Notes: a model not told the origin generated them from the letters alone. Counted from the stretch's first letter, positions 9,838 to 19,788 are shown. The stretch: 64,000 bases of DNA from Bradyrhizobiaceae bacterium (GCA_947475225.1 CANJMQ010000004.1:8410-72409); one strand, 5' to 3'. Translations and numbers: made by a program.

Positions 9838-11462
9838 GCGAGGCGGCCCTCGCCTGCGCTCTCCTCGCCCTCGACCCCGAGGGCCTGAAGGGCGCCGTCA
9901 TCAAGGGCCCCGCCGACGGATTCCTCAACCAACTCCGCGATCTTTCGCAGCGCAAGACCCACCGCATCCCCCCGCATATCGGCATCGACCGGCTGACAGG
10001 CTCGATCGACGTCGCCGCCACGCTGAAGTCCGGCGCACCCGTTCACGACAGGGGCCTGCTCGCCGAGGCCGACGGCCTTCTCCTGCTGACCTCCGCCGAA
10101 CGTCTCTCCACCGACAAGGCCGCCCTCATTGCCGCCGCCATGGACCACGGTGCCGCCTTCACCGTCATCGCCCATGACGAGGGCATCGACGACGAGCGCG
10201 CCCCGCTGATCCTCGCCGAGCGCATTGCCTTCCTCCTCGACCTCTCTGGCTTCGAACCGCTCGACATCGACTTCGCCGCGGCGCGCAACCTGCTGCCGGG
10301 GGTTCATATCCCCGATGCCATCACCGAGGGCCTGTGCCACACGGCATTGGCGCTCGGCCTCTCATCGATCCGCCCCGCCGTCATGGCGCTGCGTGCCGCC
10401 CGCGCGGCGGCGGCGTTGGATGGCCGAAGCGAAGTGGACGAGGACGACGCCCGCCTCGCCGCCCGGCTGATCCTCGCGCCGCGCGCCGTCACCTATCCCG
10501 CACCTCCCGAGGAACAACCTGATCCACCAGCACCTGAGGATGCGCCCGAACCCGGCGAAGAGGATGGTGCGCCCGCGCCGCAGGAACTGGCGGACCGCCT
10601 GCTCGAAGCCGTGAAGACTTCTCTGCCGCCCGGCCTGTTGGCCGCGCTGGAAAAGAACCTCCGCCAGCCCGGATCCAAGGCCGGTGCAGGCGCCGTTTCG
10701 CAGAAAGCGGGCCTCCGTCGCGGCCGTCCGGCCGGAACTCGCCAGGGGGAACTGCGGAACGGCGCCCGCCTCGCCCTCATTGATACGCTGCGCGCCGCCG
10801 CACCATGGCAACCGCTGCGCCGCCACAGCAATCCCGCCCGCAAAGGCGTGCAGGTCGAGAAGGCCGACTTCCGCATCCGCCGCTTCAAGGAGAAGCGCGA
10901 AACGACAGCGATCTTTGCAGTGGATGCCTCGGGCTCCGCCGCAATCAGCCGCATGGCGGAGGCCAAGGGCGCCATCGAACTGCTCCTCGCCGATTGCTAT
11001 GTACGCCGCGACCGAACCGCACTCATCGCCTTCCGCGGCAAGCAGGCAGACCTGCTGCTGCCACCGACCCGCTCCCTGCAGCGCGCCAAGAAGTCGCTGT
11101 CCGATCTTCCCGGCGGCGGTGGGACGCCGCTGGCTGCAGCCATCGAGCAGTCGATGCTGGTCGCCGACCAGGTGCGCCGCTCCGGCGGCATCCCGCTCAT
11201 CGTCTTTCTGACTGACGGCAAGGCCAACATCGCGCGTGACGGCACCGCCGACCGCGCGGTGGCATTGCGCGATGCCGAGGCGGCAGCCAAGGCACTCCGC
11301 CTCGCAGGGTTGCGCACGCTGATGATCGATCTCTCCGAAACCCGCACCGGCCCCGCCCGCAAACTCGCCGAAGCCATGGGTGCCGATTACCTTCCGCTGC
11401 CCCACGCCGATGCCTCGCGCATCTCCGCCTCCGTCAACGCGGTCATGAAGGCCGGGGCCTGA
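9834..11462 (+). CDS. bchD: Magnesium chelatase subunit D
   Basis: Degenerate AAA domain, Pro/acidic linker, vWA motif DASGS and GGGTPLA; follows bchI. Confidence 0.93.
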   Translation: MSEAALACALLALDPEGLKGAVIKGPADGFLNQLRDLSQRKTHRIPPHIGIDRLTGSIDVAATLKSGAPVHDRGLLAEADGLLLLTSAERLSTDKAALIAAAMDHGAAFTVIAHDEGIDDERAPLILAERIAFLLDLSGFEPLDIDFAAARNLLPGVHIPDAITEGLCHTALALGLSSIRPAVMALRAARAAAALDGRSEVDEDDARLAARLILAPRAVTYPAPPEEQPDPPAPEDAPEPGEEDGAPAPQELADRLLEAVKTSLPPGLLAALEKNLRQPGSKAGAGAVSQKAGLRRGRPAGTRQGELRNGARLALIDTLRAAAPWQPLRRHSNPARKGVQVEKADFRIRRFKEKRETTAIFAVDASGSAAISRMAEAKGAIELLLADCYVRRDRTALIAFRGKQADLLLPPTRSLQRAKKSLSDLPGGGGTPLAAAIEQSMLVADQVRRSGGIPLIVFLTDGKANIARDGTADRAVALRDAEAAAKALRLAGLRTLMIDLSETRTGPARKLAEAMGADYLPLPHADASRISASVNAVMKAGA

Positions 11463-11463
11463 C

Positions 11464-12339
11464 GTGGGTTACTATCTCGACTGGGCCGCTGATTGCCGTG
11501 ACTGGCCGAACCATGCGGCAAGCCGCTTCATCGAGGCCGCGGGCATGCGCTGGCACGTGCAGGTGATGGGCAATGGGCCTGCGCTGCTCCTCCTCCACGG
11601 CACGGGCGCTGCCACGCATTCCTGGCGCGACGTGATGTCAAAGCTTGCCGCCCGCTACACCGTGGTGGCGATCGATCTTCCCGGCCATGCCTTCACCCAG
11701 CCACCATCCAAGAACAGCCTGTCGCTGCCGGGCATGGCCGCCGCAGTGGCCAGCTTGCTCCGTACACTGAACATAAGTCCTGTCCGCGCCGTCGGCCACT
11801 CGGCAGCGGCTGCCGTGCTGGTGCGCATGGCGGTGGAACGCCTCTTCGCCCCACAGGACATCATCAGTTTGAACGGCGCCTTCTTCCCGGTCACCGGTGT
11901 CGCGGGGCAATTCTTCTCGCCGCTCGCCAAGGCCTTCGCCAATGCCACCATGGTGCGGAAGATGTTCGCCAGGATGGCTGACCGAAAATCGGTGGAGCGC
12001 CTGCTGCGCGACACCGGCTCCACCATCGATGCCGACGGCATCACCCTCTACCAGCGGCTGTTCTCCAACGAGGCTCACATCGCCGGTACACTGGGCATGA
12101 TGGCCGCCTGGGACCTGCACTGGGTGCCGCAGGACCTGAAGAACCTGCCCGTGCCCATGACTCTCGTCTTCGCCTCCGGCGACCGCACCATCCCGCCCGC
12201 CCGGGCCGCCGAGGCGTCGAGACTCGTGCCGCATGCCAGCCTGATCGAGGTCAAGGGCCTCGGCCACCTCGCCCATGAAGAGGACCCGACAGGGGCGGCG
12301 GCCATCATCGCCGACCCGGGGTCCTTCGTGCGGCGCTAG
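11464..12339 (+). CDS. bchO: Alpha/beta hydrolase BchO
   Basis: WPN..ASRF, LLLHGTGAATHSW, GHLAHEE; bchIDO synteny. Confidence 0.9.
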   Translation: MGYYLDWAADCRDWPNHAASRFIEAAGMRWHVQVMGNGPALLLLHGTGAATHSWRDVMSKLAARYTVVAIDLPGHAFTQPPSKNSLSLPGMAAAVASLLRTLNISPVRAVGHSAAAAVLVRMAVERLFAPQDIISLNGAFFPVTGVAGQFFSPLAKAFANATMVRKMFARMADRKSVERLLRDTGSTIDADGITLYQRLFSNEAHIAGTLGMMAAWDLHWVPQDLKNLPVPMTLVFASGDRTIPPARAAEASRLVPHASLIEVKGLGHLAHEEDPTGAAAIIADPGSFVRR

Positions 12340-12400
12340 GCATCACGGCTCGCGGCCCCCACGTCTGCCCCCTTGCCAAATCCCGGCTGTCGGTTTCTAT

Positions 12401-12418
12401 TGTCAACCGATGTTTACA
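12401..12418. promoter_or_regulatory. PpsR box overlapping the crtI start codon
   Basis: Perfect TGT-N12-ACA (TGTCAACCGATGTTTACA). Confidence 0.85.
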
Positions 12419-13942
12419 GACATCGACCATCCCCCGCCGACGGGCCGAACGGCTGACCGGCGCCCCCATGCCGCCGTCATCGGCAGCGGCCTCGGCGGAC
12501 TCGCGGCTGCGATCCGGCTGGGCGCCAAAGGCTATCGGGTCACCGTCGTGGAGAAGCTGGAGCAGCCGGGCGGCCGCGCCTGCGTCTTCCGGCAGGATGG
12601 CTTCACCTTCGATGCCGGGCCCACGATCATTACTGCTCCCTTCATCCTCGATGAACTCTGGTCGCTCGCAGGGGCCAAGTTCTCGGACGACGTGACGCTG
12701 AAGTCCCTCGACCCCTTCTACGACATCCGATTCGACGACGGCACGGTGATGAGCTGCTGCGCCGACCCCGCCCGCATGCGCGAGGAAGTGCGTCGCATTT
12801 CACCAGGTGACGTCGAGGGCTATGAGCGCTTCATGGCGGAGAGCGAGGCGATCTATCGCATCGGCTTCGAGCAGCTTGGCCACGTTCCCTTTGGCTCGCC
12901 ATTGGACATGCTGAAGATCGCACCCGACCTCGTCCGCCTCGGCGCCTGGCGCACCGTGCACCAGCACGTGGCGGCGCGCGTCAAGAACCCCAAGATCAGG
13001 ATGGCGCTGAGCTTCCATCCACTGTTCATCGGTGGCAACCCCTTCAAGGTCACCGCGATCTACAGCATGATCGCCTATCTCGAGCGCCAATACGGCGTGC
13101 ACTTCGCTGTTGGCGGCACCGGCGCCCTTGTCAAGGCCATGGCCGGGCTGGTGGAGCGCCAGGGTGGCAGCATCATGCTGAACAGCGAGGTTGCCGAGAT
13201 CACCTGCGATGGCGCGCGCGCCACTGGCCTGCGTCTCGCCAATGGCCAGACCATCAAGGCCGATATCGTCGTCTCCAACGCCGAGACCGCACACACCTAC
13301 ACCAAGCTCCTGCGCAACGCCCCGCGCAAGCGCTGGACGGATGCAAAGCTCGCCCGTGCCCGCTATTCCATGAGCCTCTTCGTCTGGTACTTCGGTACGA
13401 ACCGTCAGTACACGGACGTCCCTCACCACACCATCCTCATGGGCCCGCGCTACCGCGAACTGCTGCATGACATCTTCGAGAAGAAGATTCTGGCCAAGGA
13501 CTTCAGCCTCTATCTCCATCGCCCCACCGCGACGGACCCTTCGCTTGCCCCTCCCGGCTGCGATGCCTTCTACGTGCTATCACCCGTGCCGCATCAGGAT
13601 TCCGGCATCGACTGGACCACCCGCGCCGCCTCCTGCAAGGCCGCCATCGCGGAGTACCTCGACCGCACCATGATGCCTGGCTTCCGCGAGCACATCGTCA
13701 CTGAGAAGCTGATCACGCCGATCGATTTCGAAACCCGTCTCTCCTCCGCCAAGGGCGCCGCCTTCGGACTGGAGCCGGTGCTGTTGCAAAGCGCATGGTT
13801 CCGTCCCAACAACCGTTCGGAGGATATCCAGAACCTGTTCATCGTCGGGGCCGGCACCCATCCGGGTGCCGGGGTTCCCGGTGTCGTCTCATCCGCAAGA
13901 ATCCTCGATACAGTGGTGCCTGATGCTTCGGCCTTCGTCTGA
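12410..13942 (+). CDS. crtI: Phytoene desaturase
   Basis: GSGLGGLAAA FAD motif, FDAGPTIIT, GAGTHPGAGVPGV; start moved to ATG 12410. Confidence 0.95.
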   Translation: MFTDIDHPPPTGRTADRRPHAAVIGSGLGGLAAAIRLGAKGYRVTVVEKLEQPGGRACVFRQDGFTFDAGPTIITAPFILDELWSLAGAKFSDDVTLKSLDPFYDIRFDDGTVMSCCADPARMREEVRRISPGDVEGYERFMAESEAIYRIGFEQLGHVPFGSPLDMLKIAPDLVRLGAWRTVHQHVAARVKNPKIRMALSFHPLFIGGNPFKVTAIYSMIAYLERQYGVHFAVGGTGALVKAMAGLVERQGGSIMLNSEVAEITCDGARATGLRLANGQTIKADIVVSNAETAHTYTKLLRNAPRKRWTDAKLARARYSMSLFVWYFGTNRQYTDVPHHTILMGPRYRELLHDIFEKKILAKDFSLYLHRPTATDPSLAPPGCDAFYVLSPVPHQDSGIDWTTRAASCKAAIAEYLDRTMMPGFREHIVTEKLITPIDFETRLSSAKGAAFGLEPVLLQSAWFRPNNRSEDIQNLFIVGAGTHPGAGVPGVVSSARILDTVVPDASAFV

Positions 13943-14951
13943 TCTTTCGCTCGTCTCGCCCGCCGATCTCGCCCAGTGCCGGCAGATGATCCGCGACGGG
14001 TCCAAGACCTTCTACACGGCCTCGCTGCTGCTTCCGCAGCGCGTCTGTGATGCCTCGCGCGCACTCTATGGCTTCTGCCGCGTGGCGGATGACCTCGTCG
14101 ACCGCTCGGCCGACAGCCGCGCCGCCGTCGACACGCTCTTGGGCCGCCTCGACGGCATCTATCGCGGCCAACCCGACAACGAACCCGCTGACCGTGCCTT
14201 TGCCGACGTGGCGCTGCGCTTCGCCATCCCGCGTGAAATCCCGGAAGCCCTGATCGAGGGCTTCGCCTGGGACGCCTCGGGCCGCCACTATCAGACACTC
14301 GACGATCTCCACGCCTATGCTGTCCGCGTGGCAGGGACGGTGGGCGCCATGATGTCGCTCGTCATGCAGGTGCGCGAGCCCTTCGCCATCGCCCGCGCCT
14401 GTGACTTGGGAGTTGCCATGCAACTCACCAACATCGCCCGTGACGTCGGCGAAGATGCCCGCAATGGCAGGCTCTACCTGCCGCAGGACTGGCTGGCAGA
14501 AGACGGGCTCGACGCCAAGGCTTTCATGACCGCGCCACAGCCGTCGCCTGCCCTTTCGAAAGTCCTCGGGCGCCTGCTCGCCGAGGCAGACCGCCTCTAC
14601 GCCCAAAGCCTGTCCGGCATCGCCATGCTTCCTGCAGCCTGCCGTCCGTCGATCCACGCCGCCCGCCTGCTCTATGCCGAGATCGGCCGCGCCGTGGAGA
14701 AGAACGGCCATGACAGCGTCACCCGTCGCGCCGTCGTACCAACCCAGCGAAAGCTGGCACTCCTCGCGAAGGCCGTCACTGCTTCGCTGCAATCGGCACC
14801 GCACTCCACGGCACCAGCCATACCCTCGGCACAGTTCCTCATCGATGCCGTCGCCACGGCAGGCCAGCCCATCCACCCGCCCCGCACGCTGGACGAACGC
14901 GCCAAGTGGCTCACCGAACTCTTCATCCGACTTGAAAAGCAGGGCCCATGA
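13923..14951 (+). CDS. crtB: Phytoene synthase
   Basis: GSKTFY, RVADDLVD, QLTNIARDVGEDA..GRLYLP; start approximate. Confidence 0.95.
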   Translation: MLRPSSDLSLVSPADLAQCRQMIRDGSKTFYTASLLLPQRVCDASRALYGFCRVADDLVDRSADSRAAVDTLLGRLDGIYRGQPDNEPADRAFADVALRFAIPREIPEALIEGFAWDASGRHYQTLDDLHAYAVRVAGTVGAMMSLVMQVREPFAIARACDLGVAMQLTNIARDVGEDARNGRLYLPQDWLAEDGLDAKAFMTAPQPSPALSKVLGRLLAEADRLYAQSLSGIAMLPAACRPSIHAARLLYAEIGRAVEKNGHDSVTRRAVVPTQRKLALLAKAVTASLQSAPHSTAPAIPSAQFLIDAVATAGQPIHPPRTLDERAKWLTELFIRLEKQGP

Positions 14952-15055
14952 GCAGCGGCGCCATCGCCTTCACCGAAATGGCCCTGGTGGCGGGAGTGGT
15001 CCTCGGCTGGGGCTTCTGGGAATTGTGGAAACTGAAAATGGACAAGAGGAAGTAG
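14948..15055 (+). CDS. 35-aa single-TM microprotein (not in ORF track)
   Basis: ATGA overlap with crtB stop; MSSGAIAFTEMALVAGVVLGWGFWELWKLKMDKRK. Confidence 0.6.
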   Translation: MSSGAIAFTEMALVAGVVLGWGFWELWKLKMDKRK

Positions 15056-15064
15056 GCCGACGGG

Positions 15065-15098
15065 TCCATTCTCCCGTCCCGCAGGCATGGGAGAAGGA
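15065..15098. terminator. REP-like hairpin between convergent genes
   Basis: TTCTCCC...GGGAGAA inverted repeat between the microprotein stop and the crtC stop. Confidence 0.45.
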
Positions 15099-15100
15099 AC

Positions 15101-16159
15101 TCACCCTCTCCTCGGCATCCTGAACGGCAGCATCATCTGCACCACCGGATTGCGGAACCGCTTCAACGACAGGCTCTCGTGGAAGGCATCCGCGCTCCCC
15201 TCCTCCGTCGCAACCTTCAGCAGCGTGCGCGAATAGAAGGGCGAATCCTCCAGCAGCGATACCGTCTCGAAGGCCCGGTCAGCCCGCATGTGCCGCGCCA
15301 TGCGCCAGAAGGTCGTCGTCATCTCGCGCCGCGGCGGCACGGCCATCTCCGTCACGCCACCTTCGGCACCGATGTGCAGCGCAAAGGCCGAGTTCGATCC
15401 GTCCCGCAGCACCGTGTCATAGACGATGGCAGCGCCATTCTTCATGGCGGCGCGCGACCAGACCCAGCTCTCAAAGCTGTCTTCCAGCGGAGCGGCTCCC
15501 CAGTTCGAATCATGATAGCCGATGCCGGACCAGCGCAGGCCCGGTTTCTCGAATTCAACCTCGATGCGAGAGAACGGCGCCACGGGCCGCCACACGTGCA
15601 GCCCCTCTGCGTCAAGCCGGACCTCATGGGAACAGATCGCCGAAGGCGTGAGCCGCACCTGGCCCCTGAGGCGTGATGGCAGCGGCACCGTCACCTCGTC
15701 GATGTCGATGACCAGCGTGCCGTCCTCCCAGCGCATGGTGCTCGGCCCGATGGCGAAGCGCGTCTCATCACGCGTGACCCAACGCTTGCCGCGCTCCGTC
15801 ATGCTCCAGCGGTGCCCGCCATCGCCATAAAGTGCCACGTTGAGGGCGCAGTGATTCTCCGGATCGGCAGCGCCCTTGCGCCGCGCCCGCGCGTAATAGG
15901 GCGAGAACACGCTGCCCACGAAACCGATGATGGTCAGGCCGTGGCGGCCATCGTCGCTCAGGCCGTCGAGATACCACCAGCGGTAGCCGCCCGCCGGAAC
16001 GCCTGTGTCGAAGCCCGTGACGCCAGCAGGCTTTGCACTGCCAACCGTCCCGACAGCATGGCCATCGGCACGCCCGGCCCGGGGTGCACGCTGCCCCCCG
16101 CCAGATAAAGCCCCTCCACCACCGTTCGCGCCGCTGGCCGCTGAAATGATGCCGTCCAT
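15101..16159 (-). CDS. crtC: Carotenoid 1,2-hydratase (hydroxyneurosporene synthase)
   Basis: GYRWWYLD, GSVFSPYY, GYHDSNWG, EDSPFYSR, C-terminal MLPFRMPR; start uncertain (overlaps crtD). Confidence 0.92.
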   Translation of the reverse strand: MDGIISAASGANGGGGALSGGGQRAPRAGRADGHAVGTVGSAKPAGVTGFDTGVPAGGYRWWYLDGLSDDGRHGLTIIGFVGSVFSPYYARARRKGAADPENHCALNVALYGDGGHRWSMTERGKRWVTRDETRFAIGPSTMRWEDGTLVIDIDEVTVPLPSRLRGQVRLTPSAICSHEVRLDAEGLHVWRPVAPFSRIEVEFEKPGLRWSGIGYHDSNWGAAPLEDSFESWVWSRAAMKNGAAIVYDTVLRDGSNSAFALHIGAEGGVTEMAVPPRREMTTTFWRMARHMRADRAFETVSLLEDSPFYSRTLLKVATEEGSADAFHESLSLKRFRNPVVQMMLPFRMPRRG

Positions 16160-17469
16160 CCGTGCGAGGCCCTCCCGTAAAGCGCACCGCCCGTCGCCGG
16201 AAACAGACTCTCGAAGCGAGCAGGGTCGGTGATGATGGTGTTCTCGGGCTTGAAGTCAACATCAAGCCCGCATTGCATGAGCTTCGCGCGCATGGCGCGC
16301 TCCACTTGTTCGTGCGCTTGCGGCGCAAAGTCACCATTGGCGGGCGAGTTGACGAGCAGCAGCAGCCGTTCCGGCCCGCCCGCATGCCCGTGCCTGTCCT
16401 GCGCGCAGACATAAACGGTGGGCTCGCCCGGATAGTCGTTCGTCAGCATACGGAATTCATTGCGGTAGTCGCGCGAAAAGAACACGTTGTGCCGGGTCAG
16501 TGGAAAGCCGGAGGTATTCGCAACCGCCGCCCAGGTGATCGCAGAAAGCGAGCGCTGCTCTGGTTGAATCGGCGCCACTGCGCGCTTCACTGAGGCGCCA
16601 AGCAATCCCGTGGCCACAGCATTGGAATCAGCGTTTACGATGACTGCCGCACACTCGAAGCGCTCCCGCGCCGTGCTCACCGCCGCGACACGCCCGCCTT
16701 GCGTCGCAATCTCGGTCACCGCTTCGCCGTAGCGGAAGGTGACGCCCTTGCTCCGTGCGAGGGAGTCGAGCGCCAGCGCCAGCTCATGCATGCCGCCCTT
16801 CACCGTCCACACGCCAGCCTGCTCGACATGCGCCACCAGCATCAGCGTGGCCGGTGCGAGAAAGGGTGATGACCCGCAATAGGTGGCATAGCGTCCAAAC
16901 AGCTGCTGCAGGCGCGGATCACGGAAGTGCCGCCCGAGGCCCTTCCACATCGTCTCGAAGGGGTTGATGCGGGCCATGGCGGCCATGCCGCGGAGGCCAT
17001 TGCTCATCGCCAGCGACACCGGGTTGGGCCGCTGCGCACGGAGGAAAGGCTGTTCCAGCGTCTGATAGATCCGCTTCGCCTCGGCACTGAAGTCGCGGAA
17101 GTGCTGCGCCTCCGCAGCACCTGCGAATGCAGCGATGGCATCGACCGAAGCTTCAAGATCGGCATGAAGGTCCAGCCGCTCCGATTCGCTCCAGGCATGC
17201 CGCGCCAGGATGGACAGGGGTTCGAGGGTCACATGATCGGACAGCGAGGCCCCGGCCTCGTCAAACAACTGCTCCAGCACCCAGCGCATGGTGAAGACAG
17301 TGGGGCCGCCATCGATTCCGCGGCCCGCCACGTCGAGCCGGCGCATCTTGCCTCCGGGGGCTGCCTGCCGCTCGACCACCAGCACCTCCTCACCCCTCGA
17401 CGCAAGGCTCACGGCGGCGGCAAGACCGCCCATTCCGGCCCCTACGATGACAATGCGATCCCGTGACAT
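15958..17469 (-). CDS. crtD: 1-hydroxycarotenoid 3,4-desaturase
   Basis: GAGMGGL, DGGPTVFTM, RYATYCGSSP, GGSVHPGPGVPMA. Confidence 0.95.
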   Translation of the reverse strand: MSRDRIVIVGAGMGGLAAAVSLASRGEEVLVVERQAAPGGKMRRLDVAGRGIDGGPTVFTMRWVLEQLFDEAGASLSDHVTLEPLSILARHAWSESERLDLHADLEASVDAIAAFAGAAEAQHFRDFSAEAKRIYQTLEQPFLRAQRPNPVSLAMSNGLRGMAAMARINPFETMWKGLGRHFRDPRLQQLFGRYATYCGSSPFLAPATLMLVAHVEQAGVWTVKGGMHELALALDSLARSKGVTFRYGEAVTEIATQGGRVAAVSTARERFECAAVIVNADSNAVATGLLGASVKRAVAPIQPEQRSLSAITWAAVANTSGFPLTRHNVFFSRDYRNEFRMLTNDYPGEPTVYVCAQDRHGHAGGPERLLLLVNSPANGDFAPQAHEQVERAMRAKLMQCGLDVDFKPENTIITDPARFESLFPATGGALYGRASHGWTASFQRPAARTVVEGLYLAGGSVHPGPGVPMAMLSGRLAVQSLLASRASTQAFRRAATAGGISTA

Positions 17470-17509
17470 GAGGTCCCGCGGCTTCCCTGTTGCGGAATTC
17501 GAATAACTA

Positions 17510-17527
17510 TGTCAATGTTTCTTTACA
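17510..17527. promoter_or_regulatory. PpsR box in the divergent crtD/crtE promoter region
   Basis: Perfect TGT-N12-ACA (TGTCAATGTTTCTTTACA). Confidence 0.85.
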
Positions 17528-17569
17528 GTCGCAAGTGACGTTTCTAACTGACGAACGCCGGAGGACACC

Positions 17570-18451
17570 ATGGACATCGGAATGCGTCTCGAACAGGAAC
17601 TCGAACAGGCCGTGGCGCACGCCGCCGGCAATGATTGTCCCCCTCTTCTGGCGCAGGCCCTGCGCCACGCAGTGTTCCCCGGCGGCGCCCGGATCCGTCC
17701 GCGGTTGACGCTGGCGGTGAGCAACGCCTGTGCATCCAGAACGTCACCGACGGCCGCGCAAAACGCGACGGCGGCAATCACTTTTGCGTCCGCCGTGGAA
17801 CTCCTGCATTGCGCCTCACTGGTGCATGACGACCTGCCCTGCTTTGACAACTCGTCGCTCCGGCGGGGCAAGCCTTCAGTTCATGCCGCCTTCGGCGAAA
17901 GGCTTGCGGTCCTGACGGGGGATGCGCTGATTGTACTGGGATTTGAATGGCTTGCGCTGAAGACGGGGCGGGTGGCGGCACTGACCGGCATTCTGGCGCG
18001 CTGCGTTGGTGGCCCCTCGGGCATCTGCGCGGGCCAGGCGTGGGAATGCGAGCAGACAATCGATATTGTACGCTACCAGCGGGCCAAGACGGGGGCGCTG
18101 TTCGCGGCCTGCACCATGGGCGGGGCGGCGGCTCAAGGATACGAGCCCTTCGCCTGGCAGAAGCTGGGCTTTGCCATCGGCGAGGCCTTCCAGGTGGCGG
18201 ACGACCTCCGAGACGTGGCCGGATCGGCTGAAAAGCTGGGCAAGCCCGTGCACCAGGACGAGGCCAACCACGCGCCGAATTTCGTTGCAGAACTAGGGTT
18301 TGACGGTGCCATGGCACACTTCGAGGAACTGCTGGAAGCGGCCCGCGCGGCGATCCCCGACTGCCCGGGACGCGAGGCGCTGGCCCAGCAGATCGAGGGC
18401 GTGTCGAGGAGCCTCGTCACCGGCCTGTCGGCGCGCACCGTCGCTGCGTGA
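17570..18451 (+). CDS. crtE: Geranylgeranyl diphosphate synthase
   Basis: PGGARIRP, SLVHDDLPCFD..RRG, FQVADD. Confidence 0.95.
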   Translation: MDIGMRLEQELEQAVAHAAGNDCPPLLAQALRHAVFPGGARIRPRLTLAVSNACASRTSPTAAQNATAAITFASAVELLHCASLVHDDLPCFDNSSLRRGKPSVHAAFGERLAVLTGDALIVLGFEWLALKTGRVAALTGILARCVGGPSGICAGQAWECEQTIDIVRYQRAKTGALFAACTMGGAAAQGYEPFAWQKLGFAIGEAFQVADDLRDVAGSAEKLGKPVHQDEANHAPNFVAELGFDGAMAHFEELLEAARAAIPDCPGREALAQQIEGVSRSLVTGLSARTVAA

Positions 18452-18452
18452 G

Positions 18453-19538
18453 ATGAGCCTTCTGGGACGTGCCTTCGACCAGTGGCGGAGCTTCCGCAAC
18501 GGCCTTCTCGCATCGCCCCGCTTCCAGAAATTTGCCGTGGATTTTCCGCTGTTCAGGCCCATCAGCCGGCAGCGGTCGCGGCAGCTTTTCGACCTGCTGG
18601 CCGGCTTCACCTACAGCCAGGTGCTCTATTGCACCGTGAAGCTCGGGCTGATCGAGATGCTGGAGGGCCACCCCCTGCCCACCAGCGCCATCGCCGCGCG
18701 CATCGGCTGGCCGGCGGACCGCACCGAGCGCCTGCTCAAGGCCGCGATTTCCCTCAAGATTCTGGAGCGCACCAGCGCGGGCGAGGTGACGCTCGGTATC
18801 CATGGCGCGGCACTGGCCGGCAACCCGTGGATCGCCCGCTTCATCACCCACCACAGCCTGCTCTATGCCGATCTGGCGGACCCCATCGGCGTGTTGTCCG
18901 GCACCAAAAAGCAGAACCACCTCAAGGACTTCTGGAGCTACGCCGACCAGCGTAACGCGGCCGATTACACTGCCCTGATGGCGGCATCTCAGGAGGCGGT
19001 GGCCGCCGAGATCCTCGCTGCCTATGACTTCAGCAGGCACACCCATCTGATCGACATCGGCGGCTCCAACGGCACCTTCCTGAAGGCGGCCGCGCAACGT
19101 TATCCACAGCTGAAACTGAGCCTGTTCGATCTCCCGAAGGTGGCCGAGATCGCCCGCGCAAACCTCGGAAATCGCTTCGAAATCCACGGCGGCAGCTTCC
19201 TCGACGACGAATTGCCCAAGGGCCCCGACGTGGCCACCCTGATTCGGATCGCGCATGACCATGACGACGCGTCGGTCAAAACCCTGCTGGCCGCCGTGGC
19301 CCGCATGCTGTCGCCCGGCGGCACGCTGATCCTGGCGGAACCCCTCTCCGGGCTTGCCGCCACCGCCCCCGTGGCGGACGCCTATTTCGGCCTCTACTTC
19401 GCTGCCATGGGCCAGGGCCGGACCAGGACACCGGACGAGATCGGACGCATGGCAAAGGACGCTGGTTTTGCATCGATCGAGGTTGTTGCAACACGTAATC
19501 CGGTTGTTTCCGGGATGCTGCGGTTGACCATGCCCTAG
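18453..19538 (+). CDS. crtF: Hydroxyneurosporene O-methyltransferase
   Basis: LFDLLAGFTYSQVL, DIGGSNG SAM motif, YFAAMGQGR; start moved to ATG 18453. Confidence 0.93.
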   Translation: MSLLGRAFDQWRSFRNGLLASPRFQKFAVDFPLFRPISRQRSRQLFDLLAGFTYSQVLYCTVKLGLIEMLEGHPLPTSAIAARIGWPADRTERLLKAAISLKILERTSAGEVTLGIHGAALAGNPWIARFITHHSLLYADLADPIGVLSGTKKQNHLKDFWSYADQRNAADYTALMAASQEAVAAEILAAYDFSRHTHLIDIGGSNGTFLKAAAQRYPQLKLSLFDLPKVAEIARANLGNRFEIHGGSFLDDELPKGPDVATLIRIAHDHDDASVKTLLAAVARMLSPGGTLILAEPLSGLAATAPVADAYFGLYFAAMGQGRTRTPDEIGRMAKDAGFASIEVVATRNPVVSGMLRLTMP

Positions 19539-19697
19539 CCAGATCCGTGCATCCGAACCATGTTGCGCGAGACGGCTTTTGGGTGCGGCCCACAACCGAA
19601 AATGTTCTTCCGGCGGCGCTGTGATGGCTGGCAAGTGTCAGCAACCGCGCATCCTTGCCCCCCTCACCACCCCGGCTGACACACTCCCTCACACTGC

Positions 19698-19724
19698 CCT
19701 CGCCCCACATCCATGGGGGAGAGG
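19698..19724. repeat. REP-like palindrome (CCTCGCCCC...GGGGAGAGG)
   Basis: Imperfect inverted repeat in the crtF-bchC gap; resembles the hairpins at 61-145 and 15065. Confidence 0.5.
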
Positions 19725-19788
19725 AATGGCCAGCTGCGAGGGTGCGAAGGCGCCTGCAGAACCTGTCAACGCGGAATGTTGGGAGCAC

